From an uncultured cyanobacterium (GTDB lineage: Bacteria > Cyanobacteriota > Cyanobacteriia > Cyanobacteriales > CAWCAG01): a DNA stretch of 64,000 nucleotides. The position numbers and the translations under genes were made by a program. The DNA lies in contig CAWDOD010000011.1 of the NCBI GenBank assembly GCA_963803805.1, positions 320,001 to 384,000 of the forward strand. Reading direction: 5' to 3'. Position 1 is the stretch's first letter; the number at the start of each line of letters is the position of its first letter. The notes under the pieces are model-generated. The model was not told the origin of the DNA and did not search any database. It was given only the letters and a program-made list of their open reading frames with translations. Shown one piece after another: positions 9,501-20,926 of this stretch.

Positions 9501-9803
9501 CAACTGCCTTTCAATCACCGCGTGTACAGCTATGCTGGCATGATCAGTTCCTGGGAGACACAAGGTATTTTGCCCTAGCATTCTGTTGTAACGCACCAAG
9601 GTGTCAATTAAAGCTGCTTCAAAGGCGTGTCCCATATGCAAGCTACCCGTCACATTAGGAGGAGGGATAACAATACTATAGGGTTGACCCTCATTTTGGG
9701 GATCGGACTCAAAGACGCGATCTTCTTCCCAGTATTTTTGCCACTTCGCTTCAGCAGCGGTGGAGTCATATTGTTTGGGCAAGCTGGGTATATTTGCAGT
9801 CAT
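6561..9803 (-). CDS. valS: Valine--tRNA ligase with inserted CAAD (CURT1-like) membrane-anchoring domain
   Basis: [13 protein letters not shown] (HIGH), [12 protein letters not shown] and KMSKS motifs, C-terminal coiled coil. Insert contains [30 protein letters not shown] (CAAD). Confidence 0.97.
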   Translation of the reverse strand: MTANIPSLPKQYDSTAAEAKWQKYWEEDRVFESDPQNEGQPYSIVIPPPNVTGSLHMGHAFEAALIDTLVRYNRMLGQNTLCLPGTDHASIAVHAVIERQLREEGKTRYDLGREEFLKLAWQCKQESGDNITNQLKRLGLSADWSRQRFTLDEGISKTVRKAFSQLYEEGLIYRGKYMVNWCPASQSAVSDIEVQNEEVEGHLWHFRYPIKDSDGYLEVATTRPETMLGDTGVAVNPDDQRYQDWIGKTVILPIVGREIPIFADELVDKEFGTGCVKVTPAHDPNDFEMGKRHQLEFINIMNKDGSLNENAGHFAGQDRFEARKNVVKQLEEEGFLVKVEDYSHAVPYSDRGKVPIEPLLSTQWFVKIRPLADKALASLDDEGAPNFIPERWAKVYRDWLVKLKDWCISRQLWWGHQIPAWYAVSETAGEITDETPFVVADNETEAKEKAVAKFGEEVKIEQDPDVLDTWFSSGLWPFSTLGWPEETADFQTYFPNAIMVTGFDIIFFWVARMTMMSGHFTDKIPFQDIYIHGLVRDENGKKMSKSAGNGIDPLLLIDKYGTDALRYTLIKEVAGAGQDIRLEYDRKNQESVSVEASRNFANKLWNASRFVMLNLEGETPEALGMPKLEALELSDRWILTRFDKVVKQTRDYLDTYGLGEAAKGVYEFIWGDFCDWYIELVKPRLREDAAPISRRVSQQTLAYVLEGILKLLHPFMPHITEEIWHTLTQKQGDTLALQTYPEVGAIDLANVATLSLSPSSQVSLKSQPEKTVPPSQPVGNDLVQIGSKVMNFLVEFPTTSAKFLGNYQKPLVWLGLAAVTIIALQAIGGALNSINRIPLVLPTFELIGVGYTIWFVIRYLLKSQTRQELKKISGNITEQILGNVDFQASPQLKKQEVQIAPSLANDSPAATNTEDNLSTELNLEEAFKLIFGVVRTIRNLRAQADIKPNQKTPVVLQSENSTEESVLTVGKDYIQDLGKVESLTITKETNQEAEKAIAGVVGTVQVLIPLTGIVDVEVLQAKLEKNLSKLDKEVKSLTNRLDNPGFINQAPPDVVQGARDNLAEAKKQSEILQERLGRLQ

Positions 9804-10018
9804 AGAAAGAATCTGATTGACAGAAGCAGAGGTCTGATGTTCTTTTCAAATTTTGCCACACTGACCTACGCTTTTACTTATTACTCTAAGGGCTGTTGAG
9901 ATATTTTCTCTTTTAACCACCAATTTCGATCTCTAATTTTTTACCTTTCAGGGAAACAAGATGGTGAAATCTGCTCAACTTCTACAGCCTTTATTTTCTT
10001 GCACCAGGATGATTTATG

Positions 10019-10044
10019 ATCTTAAATTTGTAAATTTTTGTAAA
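10019..10044 (-). promoter_or_regulatory. HLR1 (RpaB-type) direct repeat next to a putative -10 box, upstream of valS
   Basis: Minus strand TTTACAAA-AA-TTTACAAA (10044-10027), then TAAGAT (10024-10019). Confidence 0.5.
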
Positions 10045-10079
10045 GAGCAGGGAACTTTGGTTATACACAGAGTAAAAAG

Positions 10080-10697
10080 TCATTGATTATCGAAAATATT
10101 GTTAACAAAAGAACTAATTACGGTTAACACTTCTGGTTTAATTTCGTGTCCCATCTCAAACTCACGATAATCTACTTGCACTCCTAATTTATTTAACTCG
10201 TCTCTAGCTTGTTGAGCCAGCTTTAAAGGTACAACTTGGTCTTGTTTACCATGAACAATCAAAGTAGGAGGACTATTTTCTGTACCTTGGGGTAGGGAGT
10301 GAAGATAACCGCTTAAGCTACAAATTCCGGCTAAAGGCAAACTTGATCCTACATCTAAAGCCATAGCTCCTCCTTGAGAAAAGCCAGCTAAAATAGTTTG
10401 AGAAAGAGGAATACCAGTCTGATCTTCCAAAGATAAAAGCCAATCAGTCAGCTTTTGCTGACTCTCGGACAAACCGAAATAGTCCGACTTTTCTAAAGCA
10501 TACCAAGCCTTTCCTCCTGGCGCTTGAGGGTGGGGAAAGGGGGCGTCAGGAAATACCATTTGGTAATTGGGAAGTTGTAACATAGGTGCTAAAGAAGCTA
10601 AATCTCTAGCATTTGCTCCCCAACCATGTAAACCCACAAGTAAATGAGTAGGAGAATATCCTGATGTCGGTTTAAGGGAAATTGCTTGTAAAGACAG
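10080..10697 (-). CDS. Alpha/beta hydrolase (phospholipase/carboxylesterase family)
   Basis: LHGWG, GFSQGG (Ser), HGKQD (Asp), MGHEI (His). Start placed at CTG 10697, 7 nt after a GAGGAG RBS; the ORF track uses ATG 10781. Confidence 0.88.
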   Translation of the reverse strand: MSLQAISLKPTSGYSPTHLLVGLHGWGANARDLASLAPMLQLPNYQMVFPDAPFPHPQAPGGKAWYALEKSDYFGLSESQQKLTDWLLSLEDQTGIPLSQTILAGFSQGGAMALDVGSSLPLAGICSLSGYLHSLPQGTENSPPTLIVHGKQDQVVPLKLAQQARDELNKLGVQVDYREFEMGHEIKPEVLTVISSFVNNIFDNQ

Positions 10698-10918
10698 AGT
10701 TTTTCTCCTCAGAATTAGGATGTAAGTAACGAGAGTTTCTTTAATTTTAAAGATTTCATGTAGATTAGCCAAATTAGCCATTTTAGTGATGGCGGCAAGG
10801 GATAGTTATTTGTTATCTTTGCCTAGGGTAGTAATCCCCACAAATAGATTTTGTTGTCATAATTTCAGTTTTTTAAATTGACCATTGTATCTCTACAAAG
10901 TTTCAGGAGAAAACTATC

Positions 10919-11317
10919 ATGGTAATGTCTCAAGAAGTTGCCCAAACTAAACCACTATCTTTCCCTTCCCTTGGCACTCCTACAGAAACTCGTCCTTGGG
11001 GGTCTTTTACTACTTTAGAAGAAGGAAGTGGCTACAAGATCAAACGTATAGAAGTAAAGCCAGGGCATCGTCTTAGCTTGCAGATGCACCACCATCGCAG
11101 CGAACACTGGATTGTTGTTTCTGGTACTGCCAAGGTTGTTTGTGGAGACACTGAAGAGATTTTAGCTAGTAATCAATCCACCTATGTTCCTCAATGTACT
11201 TCCCATCGTTTGGAAAATCCTGGGGTCATTAATTTGATTTTAATTGAAGTACAAAATGGCGAATATTTAGGAGAAGATGATATTATTCGCTTCCAAGATG
11301 ATTATGCTCGCGAGTAA
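10919..11317 (+). CDS. Mannose-6-phosphate isomerase type II C-terminal cupin protein
   Basis: RPWG, LSLQMHHHRSEHW, HRLENPG and EVQNGEYLGEDDIIRFQDDY motifs. Confidence 0.92.
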   Translation: MVMSQEVAQTKPLSFPSLGTPTETRPWGSFTTLEEGSGYKIKRIEVKPGHRLSLQMHHHRSEHWIVVSGTAKVVCGDTEEILASNQSTYVPQCTSHRLENPGVINLILIEVQNGEYLGEDDIIRFQDDYARE

Positions 11318-11401
11318 TTATTAATATTTCCTATCTCTAGGACTTAAAAACAGTCAATTTTAAGTACAATTCAAGCCAGACAAATCTGAATTAATTTTCC
11401 T

Positions 11402-11731
11402 ATGATTAAGCTTAGCCAGGCAGCTTTAAAAGAAATAAAGAGATTACAATCAACTCGCCATCAAGCTAATAGCAAGTTGCATCTAGGAGTGAAGCCTGGA
11501 GGTTGCGCTGGCTTATCTTATACTTTGGATTTCGATAAGAGCGTCAACCCAGAGGATCGTATTTGGGAAATTCATGGTATCTCTATCGTTGTAGGAAGTA
11601 AAAGCCAACCCTATCTTCAAGACCTAACTCTGGATTTCACAGAAGATTTAATGGGAGGAGGTTTCCGCTTCCGCAACCCTCTAGCTTCTCATAGCTGCGA
11701 TTGTGGCTATTCCTTCTCTACTAAAGTCTAA
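11402..11731 (+). CDS. iscA: Iron-sulfur cluster assembly accessory protein (IscA/HesB)
   Basis: GGCAGLSY and C-terminal CDCGYSF motifs. Confidence 0.9.
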   Translation: MIKLSQAALKEIKRLQSTRHQANSKLHLGVKPGGCAGLSYTLDFDKSVNPEDRIWEIHGISIVVGSKSQPYLQDLTLDFTEDLMGGGFRFRNPLASHSCDCGYSFSTKV

Positions 11732-11753
11732 ACTTTCATCTGAGACAATTTTA

Positions 11754-11782
11754 TTGACATAGGTGGTTTTAGAGCCTATGAT
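11754..11782 (+). promoter_or_regulatory. Sigma70-type promoter of the str operon
   Basis: TTGACA (11754-11759), 17 nt, TATGAT (11777-11782), 53 nt before the rpsL ATG. Confidence 0.75.
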
Positions 11783-11835
11783 TAGAGTTTGTCAACTGTG
11801 GCAAATCTATGACTATCCTGGCTACACATTAACTC

Positions 11836-12207
11836 ATGCCTACTATTCAACAACTTATTAGAGACGAAAGATCCAAAGCCAAAAAGAAAACTAAATCCCC
11901 TGCCCTTAAGCAATGTCCTCAACGCCGTGGAGTTTGTACAAGAGTTTATACAACCACGCCTAAAAAACCAAATTCAGCATTGCGCAAGGTGGCTAGGGTT
12001 CGCCTAACTTCAGGCTTTGAAGTAACTTCTTACATTCCAGGTATTGGTCATAACTTGCAAGAACACTCAGTAGTTTTAATACGAGGTGGCAGGGTTAAAG
12101 ATTTACCAGGGGTTAGATACCATATTATCCGTGGGACCCTAGATGCCACCGGAGTTAAAGACCGCCGTCAAAGTCGTTCCAAGTATGGCACTAAGAAGCC
12201 TAAATAG
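11836..12207 (+). CDS. rpsL: 30S ribosomal protein S12
   Basis: MPTIQQLIR...[10 protein letters not shown]...[10 protein letters not shown]. Confidence 0.99.
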   Translation: MPTIQQLIRDERSKAKKKTKSPALKQCPQRRGVCTRVYTTTPKKPNSALRKVARVRLTSGFEVTSYIPGIGHNLQEHSVVLIRGGRVKDLPGVRYHIIRGTLDATGVKDRRQSRSKYGTKKPK

Positions 12208-12438
12208 ACTGTCTAATCAGCTTCGGATTTGTGTTTAGCTGGGATTATTATCGCAGAGCCAAATATAATGCTGTAGCAGTAATATCTTCAATAATCTTCA
12301 GCACTCTATATATTGCTTTGATGAAAAAGGATATTCTGCTTCCTGAGAGTTTTTCAACAGTGATATAGCGAAACCCTAAACAACTAATTTGGTTGCAAAA
12401 AAATAGATAATTATAAAATCTAAGGATAAATAGCTACT

Positions 12439-12909
12439 ATGTCTCGTCGCACAGTTATCAAAAAGCGCCCTGTTCCGCCTGACCCAGTTTACAATAGCCG
12501 TTTAGTCAGTATGACTGTTCGGCGAATTATGAGCGATGGCAAGAAATCTCTTGCTTCTAGGCTCTTTTATGATGCCATGAAAATCATTGAAGAGCGTACA
12601 GGTAGTGAACCTCTAGAAACTTTTGAAAAAGCCATTAAAAATCTCACTCCTTTGGTAGAAGTCAAAGCTCGCCGTGTAGGTGGTGCAACTTATCAAGTAC
12701 CAATGGAAGTGCGTCAAGGTAGGGGGACTACCTTAGCCTTGCGGTGGTTAGTTAAATTTTCCAGAGCCAGAAGTGGTCGTACTATGGCTATTAAACTTGC
12801 TAACGAAATCATGGATGCTGCCAACGAAACGGGTTCCGCTATTCGTAAAAGGGAAGAAACTCATCGCATGGCAGAAGCAAATAAAGCATTTGCTCACTAT
12901 CGTTATTAG
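12439..12909 (+). CDS. rpsG: 30S ribosomal protein S7
   Basis: [11 protein letters not shown] and [14 protein letters not shown] motifs. Confidence 0.99.
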   Translation: MSRRTVIKKRPVPPDPVYNSRLVSMTVRRIMSDGKKSLASRLFYDAMKIIEERTGSEPLETFEKAIKNLTPLVEVKARRVGGATYQVPMEVRQGRGTTLALRWLVKFSRARSGRTMAIKLANEIMDAANETGSAIRKREETHRMAEANKAFAHYRY

Positions 12910-13109
12910 TCTTTGCCGCAAGAAAGTTGGTTTTAAGCAAACAAAAGCAATTAGCGAGGTAATCTAAACCATGATCGACCTCCAAAAACTTTGAGTGCCA
13001 AAATTAACTACAAAATAGTACAAAACATTATGAAAAAGTATAGAATTGTAAAAAGTGTAAATATATAGCAACATAGAGATAATTTTTCTGCTATACGAAG
13101 GAGGTAACT

Positions 13110-15185
13110 GTGGCACGTACCATCCCGCTGGATAAAGTACGCAACATCGGCATTGCTGCTCACATAGATGCGGGCAAGACAACAACAACAGAGCGAATTC
13201 TCTTTTACTCAGGGATTGTTCATAAAATAGGTGAAGTTCATGACGGTACAGCCGTTACCGACTGGATGGAGCAAGAGCGGGAGCGTGGTATTACAATAAC
13301 TGCCGCAGCTATTAGCACGAACTGGCGCGATCATAGAGTCAACATTATTGACACACCAGGACACGTTGATTTCACTATTGAAGTTGAGCGTTCCATGCGA
13401 GTATTAGATGGCGTTATTGCTGTATTTTGCTCTGTAGGAGGAGTTCAGCCTCAATCTGAAACTGTCTGGCGCCAAGCAGATAGATACAAAGTACCTCGAA
13501 TTGCCTTCGTAAATAAGATGGATCGCACTGGCGCCAACTTTTTCAAAGTTTACGAGCAAGTTAGAGAGCGCCTTAGAGCTAATCCTGTGGCAATTCAAAT
13601 ACCTATCGGTAGTGAAAATAACTTTCAAGGGATTGTCGATTTAGTTCGGATGCGAGCCAAAATCTATAAGGACGATATCGGTCAAGAAATTGAAGATACT
13701 GAAATCCCTGAAGATATCTTAGAAGTAGCTAAAGAATATCGCACCAAGCTAATTGAAGCGGCAGCCGAGGCAGATGAAGAACTACTAGAGAAATACCTAG
13801 AAGGGGAAGCATTCACTGAAGAGGAAATCATGACCGCCTTGCGTAAAGGAACGGTAGAGGGTTCAATTATGCCCTTTCTCTGTGGCTCAGCTTTCAAAAA
13901 CAAAGGAGTTCAACTCCTGCTAGATGCCGTAATTGATTACTTACCTGCTCCTACCGAAGTACCTCCTATCAAAGGGACTTTACCAGATGGCACAGAAGTG
14001 GTGAGGCGTTCTAGTGATGAAGAACCTTTTTCAGCTTTGGCTTTCAAGATTTCTTCTGATAAGTATGGGCGAATGACCTTTTTGAGAGTTTACTCTGGAG
14101 TCTTAGAAAAAGGCAGCTATGTCTATAATTCCACCAAAGATGAAAAAGAAAGAATTTCTCGCTTAATCATACTGAAGTCTAATGATCGCATTGACGTAGA
14201 CGAATTGCGGGCAGGAGATTTAGGTGCGGCTTTAGGGTTGAAAAAGACTATTACTGGAGACACCCTTTGTGATGAAGATAACGCTGTAATTCTTGAATCT
14301 CTCTACATCCCTGAGCCAGTTATTTCAGTTGCTGTAGAGCCGAAAACCAAGCAAGATATGGACAAGCTTTCTAAAGCTCTACAATCTCTTTCTGATGAAG
14401 ATCCTACCTTCCGTGTCAGCATAGATTCAGAAACAAACCAAACTGTAATTGCTGGAATGGGGGAGCTACACCTCGAAATTCTAGTAGATAGAATGTTACG
14501 GGAATTTAAGGTTGAAGCAAACGTAGGGCAACCTCAAGTAGCTTACCGCGAAACTATTCGTCAGCCTACTAAAGCAGAAGGTAAATTTATCCGCCAAAGT
14601 GGTGGTAAAGGTCAATACGGTCATGTTGTCCTAGAAGTAGAACCAGCAGAAACCGGCAAAGGATTTGAGTTTGTTTCTAAAATCGTTGGTGGTGCTATTC
14701 CTAGAGAGTACATTTCTTCTGTAGAAAATGGCATCAAAGAATCCTGCGAATCAGGTATTCTAGCAGGGTATCCTGTAATTGATCTCAAGGTAACTTTGGT
14801 AGATGGGTCTTACCACGAGGTAGACTCTTCTGAAATGGCCTTCAAAATAGCAGGTTCAATGGGTATTCAGAATGCTGTTAAAAAAGCATCTCCTGTTCTA
14901 TTAGAACCAATGATGAAAGTAGAAGTTGAAGTCCCCGAAGACTTCCTTGGAGATGTGATCGGTGATCTCAACTCCAGAAGAGGACAAGTCGAAGGAATGA
15001 ACTCCGAAGATGGCTTAGCAAAAGTCTCCAGTAAGGTTCCCTTAGCGGAGATGTTTGGTTATGCCACAGATATTCGGTCAAAAACCCAAGGTCGAGGTAT
15101 ATTCTCAATGGAGTTCAGTAACTACGATGAAGTTCCTCGCAATGTCGCAGAAGCGATCATTGCCAAAACTAAAGGGAACGCATAA
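13110..15185 (+). CDS. fusA: Elongation factor G
   Basis: [14 protein letters not shown] and NKMD motifs; GTG start with GGAGG RBS. Confidence 0.99.
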   Translation: MARTIPLDKVRNIGIAAHIDAGKTTTTERILFYSGIVHKIGEVHDGTAVTDWMEQERERGITITAAAISTNWRDHRVNIIDTPGHVDFTIEVERSMRVLDGVIAVFCSVGGVQPQSETVWRQADRYKVPRIAFVNKMDRTGANFFKVYEQVRERLRANPVAIQIPIGSENNFQGIVDLVRMRAKIYKDDIGQEIEDTEIPEDILEVAKEYRTKLIEAAAEADEELLEKYLEGEAFTEEEIMTALRKGTVEGSIMPFLCGSAFKNKGVQLLLDAVIDYLPAPTEVPPIKGTLPDGTEVVRRSSDEEPFSALAFKISSDKYGRMTFLRVYSGVLEKGSYVYNSTKDEKERISRLIILKSNDRIDVDELRAGDLGAALGLKKTITGDTLCDEDNAVILESLYIPEPVISVAVEPKTKQDMDKLSKALQSLSDEDPTFRVSIDSETNQTVIAGMGELHLEILVDRMLREFKVEANVGQPQVAYRETIRQPTKAEGKFIRQSGGKGQYGHVVLEVEPAETGKGFEFVSKIVGGAIPREYISSVENGIKESCESGILAGYPVIDLKVTLVDGSYHEVDSSEMAFKIAGSMGIQNAVKKASPVLLEPMMKVEVEVPEDFLGDVIGDLNSRRGQVEGMNSEDGLAKVSSKVPLAEMFGYATDIRSKTQGRGIFSMEFSNYDEVPRNVAEAIIAKTKGNA

Positions 15186-15209
15186 CTAGGAAAAGGAACA
15201 GTTAAATTA

Positions 15210-16439
<1,230 letters not shown>

Positions 16440-16466
16440 CCCTACTTACTCTTACCAGAAATTGGC

Positions 16467-16494
16467 AAAGGAGCGTCTTAGGCGCTCCTTTATT
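16467..16494 (+). terminator. Stem-loop (possible intrinsic terminator) after tuf
   Basis: AAAGGAGCG-TCTTAGG-CGCTCCTTT followed by ATT. Confidence 0.6.
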
Positions 16495-16562
16495 CTGTTA
16501 TCATCAATGGGGACTTAAAGTCTCCCCAAAAAAAATTAAACACTGAACCTTGAAAATCAAAC

Positions 16563-16880
16563 ATGGCAACTATTCAACAACAAAAAATTCGTATTCGTCT
16601 CAAAGCCTTTGATCGTCGTCTTCTCGATACTTCTTGCGAAAAGATCGTCGATACAGCTAACCGTACTAATGCCACCGCTATTGGACCAATCCCCTTACCA
16701 ACTAAGCGTCGAATCTACTGTTTATTGCGTTCTCCCCACGTAGATAAAGACTCACGAGAACATTTTGAAACTCGTACTCATCGTCGCATTATTGATATTT
16801 ATCAACCATCTTCTAAAACTATTGATGCTTTAATGAAACTCGACTTGCCCGCTGGGGTAGATATTGAAGTTAAGCTATAA
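16563..16880 (+). CDS. rpsJ: 30S ribosomal protein S10
   Basis: [10 protein letters not shown] and GPIPLPT...[14 protein letters not shown] motifs. Confidence 0.99.
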   Translation: MATIQQQKIRIRLKAFDRRLLDTSCEKIVDTANRTNATAIGPIPLPTKRRIYCLLRSPHVDKDSREHFETRTHRRIIDIYQPSSKTIDALMKLDLPAGVDIEVKL

Positions 16881-17036
16881 AAGTATTAACAGGGGATCTT
16901 TTGGTTTTGTTTATTGTCACCAAAGGATCTACCCACAATTAAAGTGATAAATAAGGGTAATTGTTGTTTTAAGTTCAAGCTCACTATCAAGAAATCCGCT
17001 AAAGTATAAGAAACATACCGTTTTGCAAAAGAAATA

Positions 17037-17678
17037 ATGGCACCCTCTTCCTCAATTGCTGTAAGAGAAATTCCCCTGTTTCCTCTACCTGACGTTGTTC
17101 TTTTCCCTGGGCGTCATCTTCCTCTGCACATCTTTGAATTCCGCTACAGAATTATGATGAATACAATTCTGGAGAGCGATCGCCGTTTTGGAGTTTTAAT
17201 GTTTGATCCGGTTAAAGGTCAAATCGCTCCTGTGGGCTGTTGTGCGGAAATCATTCACTTTCAGCGTTTACCAGATGACCGTATGAAGATGGTTACTCTA
17301 GGACAACAAAGATTTCGTGTCCTAGAGTATGTTAGAGAGAAACCCTACCGTACTGGTTTGGTGGAATGGATTGAAGACTATCCTCCCGAAGAAGACCTTA
17401 GACCTTTGAGTAAAAAAGTAGAACAGTTATTGCGGGATGTGGTGCATCTTTCTGCTAAATTAACTGAGCAGAAGATTGAACTCCCTGATGATTTACCAGA
17501 CTTGCCCATTGAGTTGTCCTACTGGGTGGCTAGTAATTTACATGGTGTAGCTCCAGAGCAGCAAGCTCTTTTGGAGATGCAGAAGACCTCTGAACGCCTG
17601 AATAGGGAAGCAGAGATACTTTCTTCAACTCGCAACCATTTAGCTGCCCGTACAGCCCTTAAAGATGCTTTAGAGTGA
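17037..17678 (+). CDS. LON peptidase substrate-binding (N-terminal) domain protein
   Basis: PLFPLPDVVLFPG..LPLHIFEFRYR; no ATPase or protease domain. Confidence 0.9.
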   Translation: MAPSSSIAVREIPLFPLPDVVLFPGRHLPLHIFEFRYRIMMNTILESDRRFGVLMFDPVKGQIAPVGCCAEIIHFQRLPDDRMKMVTLGQQRFRVLEYVREKPYRTGLVEWIEDYPPEEDLRPLSKKVEQLLRDVVHLSAKLTEQKIELPDDLPDLPIELSYWVASNLHGVAPEQQALLEMQKTSERLNREAEILSSTRNHLAARTALKDALE

Positions 17679-17693
17679 GCAAATAGCCTATAA

Positions 17694-18548
17694 TTAAATG
17701 TCTTTAAGCTCAATGGGTAGAAAATCATAATGACCAAAAACCTTGAGTATCTCTGTATGGATAGCTAGCTCTTCTAGGGTATCCTGGATACAATGAGGAG
17801 ATGAGTTTTCTTCCAAGTCGATAAAAAATAAGTATTCTCCTAAAGAGCGTTTGGTTGGGCGAGATTCAATACGACTAAGATTTATTTGGCGGTGTGCAAA
17901 TACCTGCAAAGGTTTGACTAAGCTTCCAGGTATATTAGCCGCCACACTGAAAGCCAGGGAAGTATGGCTTCCCTTGGTGGTAGGTTTTAAACCCACGACC
18001 CAAAAACGGGTACAGTTATCAGGATAGTCGTTAATTTCAGGTACTAATATTGGTAAGTTATAAAGTTTTGAAGCCCTAGGGGAGGCGATCGCCCCTGCTG
18101 TTTTATCATTGGAAAGATATTGCAATGCCTCTGTAGTGGAATTGGTAGGTACTAATTGAACCAAAGGAAGATGCTTTTCTAACCAAACTTGGCATTGAGT
18201 TAAAGCTTGAGGGTGGGAGTAAACAGTCTTAATTTCTTGGAGAGATGAGGCTTGGGAAAGTAAAGTATGGGAGATCGGCAAAATAAGTGCTTGTTGAATT
18301 TGTAGCTCCTCTAGTTGCCAGAGAGTATCTAGGGTTGTTGCTACACTCCCACCAATAGAATTTTCTACCGGAACTACGGCAACCTCAGCTTCTCCTTGGA
18401 TTACACTCAGCAAACTCTGAGCAATGCTAGGATAAGGACATAATAAAGATTCGGTATGATATTTTTGATTCAGCCAGCGGGAATAGCCGATGGCTGCTGT
18501 TTCTGCATTTGTTCCAGTAGGACCTAAATGTGCTATGGATATTGCCAT
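17694..18548 (-). CDS. pheA: Prephenate dehydratase
   Basis: LGPTGT, PVENS, SHPQAL.QC, N.TRF and LSRIESRP (ACT domain); ATG 18548. Confidence 0.95.
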   Translation of the reverse strand: MAISIAHLGPTGTNAETAAIGYSRWLNQKYHTESLLCPYPSIAQSLLSVIQGEAEVAVVPVENSIGGSVATTLDTLWQLEELQIQQALILPISHTLLSQASSLQEIKTVYSHPQALTQCQVWLEKHLPLVQLVPTNSTTEALQYLSNDKTAGAIASPRASKLYNLPILVPEINDYPDNCTRFWVVGLKPTTKGSHTSLAFSVAANIPGSLVKPLQVFAHRQINLSRIESRPTKRSLGEYLFFIDLEENSSPHCIQDTLEELAIHTEILKVFGHYDFLPIELKDI

Positions 18549-18745
18549 AAAGTATGAGTTGTTTTGTTGTTTCAATAAATATTAGTTTGCCTATACCAAT
18601 TTTTATGACTAAAGGTAAAGATAATTTTGCCTATCTCAGATAGTAAATCTATCTCGCTACAGTTTTATGAAAGTATTGGCTATTTTATTAAATAAATGTA
18701 AAGTAAAATTAACTAAGAAGCCTAACGAAAAATTCCGATACTTTT

Positions 18746-19339
18746 ATGAATATAAGTTTTAGTGCCTCAGAAAATTTGCAGCTAGCTGTACCAGAAAAGT
18801 CTGTTTCTATTAAGCATTACCTGCGCCAACCCCAGCGTTTAGTTAGGGCAATCGCTAACCCTAGATTAATGACTCAGCTTGAAAAAGAGCGCTTTGAGCT
18901 AAGAATGAATCCCTTGAACTTCATGGAAATGTATCATTTTCAGCCTGTTGTTGTCCTAAAAGTTTGGTCAAGTTCAGGGGGGACAGTTTATTTAAGATCA
19001 GAGTCTTGTAAAATCGAAGGAAATAATTATATTAATGAGCGCTTTGCTCTTAATGTGACAGGCAAATTATCTCCTCAAGAGCAGAAAGGGAAAACTTGCT
19101 TAGTGGGGCGTGCTGATTTAGAAGTTCAAGTTGATTTGCCTCCTATGCTACAGTTCACACCAAATATGATTTTAGAAAAAGCTGGTAATGGCTTATTAAA
19201 GAGTGTTTTGTTGAGAATAAAACAAACTATTAAAAGTCAGTTGCTCCAAGATTATCAACAGTGGCTTAGTGATAATAGCTTTAGTAAAAATAGCTCTAAT
19301 TCTTCTAATTTATCTATTGTTAAACATTCTACGATTTAA
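18746..19339 (+). CDS. DUF1997 family protein
   Basis: HYLRQPQRLV...GNGLLKSVLLRIKQ...L.QDYQQW pattern. Confidence 0.75.
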   Translation: MNISFSASENLQLAVPEKSVSIKHYLRQPQRLVRAIANPRLMTQLEKERFELRMNPLNFMEMYHFQPVVVLKVWSSSGGTVYLRSESCKIEGNNYINERFALNVTGKLSPQEQKGKTCLVGRADLEVQVDLPPMLQFTPNMILEKAGNGLLKSVLLRIKQTIKSQLLQDYQQWLSDNSFSKNSSNSSNLSIVKHSTI

Positions 19340-19360
19340 CTTAATTAAGTAAGCTTTTTT

Positions 19361-20734
19361 CTAAGAAGCTACTGCAAATTGATGAGGATAATTTACTGCT
19401 AAAACAGGATTTAAAGAGCTTTGCTGTTGCAGGGGAATTTGTATAACAACTTGAGTTCCTTGCCCAGGCTGTGAATGGCAAGCCAGCTTACCACCATGTT
19501 TTTCTACAATAATAGAGTAGCTGATTGCCAAACCCATGCCAGTCCCTTTACCAATAGGTTTTGTTGTAAAAAAAGGATTAAATAACTTACTAATCAAATC
19601 TTGGTTGATTCCTACGCCATTATCAGAGATAGAAATTTCTAGCCAGTAAGAGTCAATTGCTTGGGTTTGTATCCTAATTTGCGGTTGCTCAAGAATACTG
19701 TCAATCAAACCAAACTTTTCTTCTATTGCATCAATAGCATTAGCCAGAATATTCATAAAAACTTGGTTCAATTGTCCCGGATAACACTCTACTAGTGGCA
19801 ATTTACCATAATCTTTAATTACTTCAATCTTGAAGCAGTTTTGCTGAGATTTAAGGCGACTTTTAAGAATCATTAAAGTATTGCTGATACCTTCATGAAT
19901 ATCCACATCTTTAATCTCTGCTTCATCCATATGAGAAAAATTCCTTAAGCTGAGGACAATTTCTCGAATACGCTCTGCCCCTACTTGCATTGACTTAATA
20001 GTTTTTGGTAAATCTTCAATAGCAAAATCCAAATCGAGTTCGAGCATTTTTTTGGCTAGTATTGGGCTAGGCTGATTATGTTCATCTTGATACAGCTTGA
20101 GAACTTCTAATAAACTTTGAGTATATTCTTGAGTGTGAACTAGATTACCAAAAATAAAATTCATTGGATTGTTGATTTCATGAGCAACCCCTGCAACCAA
20201 TTGCCCTAAGCTAGACATTTTTTCACTTTGTATTAAGTGAGTTTGCGCCCTTTTTAACTCTTGTAGGGTTTGATCCAATTCTGCGGTGCGTTCAGAAACT
20301 CTTTTTTCTAATACCTGGTTTTGTTCTTCGACTTTGTTGGTGAGGTGATGAACTTTAATATGAAGCTTAACCCGTGCTAGAACCTCTTCTTGTTCAAAAG
20401 GTTTAGTGATATAATCTACTGCTCCCGAATTAAGCCCTTTAACTTTATTATCAGTATCACAAAGAGCTGTCATGAAAACGATGGGAATATTCTGGGTAGC
20501 AGGATTGCTTTTGATCTGACGACAGGTTTCAAAGCCATCTATACCTGGCATCATTACGTCTAAAAGGATTAAATCTGGCAAAGCAAATTTTACTCTTTCG
20601 AGGGCAATATCCCCAGATTTTGCAATCCAAACTTCAAACCCTGCTATATCTAAAAAGTCTGAAAGCACTCCTAAGTTAGCCGGGTTATCATCAACAATCA
20701 AGATAATACCTTGATGCTGCGATCTAGTACTCAT
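19361..20734 (-). CDS. Response regulator-histidine kinase hybrid (REC, HisKA, HATPase)
   Basis: ILIVDD, LLDVMMPG, DYITKP; SEKMSSLGQLVAGVAHEINNP; FFTTKPIGKGTGMGL. Confidence 0.95.
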   Translation of the reverse strand: MSTRSQHQGIILIVDDNPANLGVLSDFLDIAGFEVWIAKSGDIALERVKFALPDLILLDVMMPGIDGFETCRQIKSNPATQNIPIVFMTALCDTDNKVKGLNSGAVDYITKPFEQEEVLARVKLHIKVHHLTNKVEEQNQVLEKRVSERTAELDQTLQELKRAQTHLIQSEKMSSLGQLVAGVAHEINNPMNFIFGNLVHTQEYTQSLLEVLKLYQDEHNQPSPILAKKMLELDLDFAIEDLPKTIKSMQVGAERIREIVLSLRNFSHMDEAEIKDVDIHEGISNTLMILKSRLKSQQNCFKIEVIKDYGKLPLVECYPGQLNQVFMNILANAIDAIEEKFGLIDSILEQPQIRIQTQAIDSYWLEISISDNGVGINQDLISKLFNPFFTTKPIGKGTGMGLAISYSIIVEKHGGKLACHSQPGQGTQVVIQIPLQQQSSLNPVLAVNYPHQFAVAS

Positions 20735-20926
20735 TGCTCAACTCCTATAATATGTCTGGGGTACATAAATTAGTTATAGTTTTATTGATTAGTTGAATAT
20801 AATTTAGATAAATGTTAATAGATTAGCTTTCCCTTATCTCTATAGTTAACTAGGTATGTTTGATTTCTTGTATATTTTTGAGAATTGTTTGTTTAATTTT
20901 CTCTACACTGAACAACAAAGCTATCT

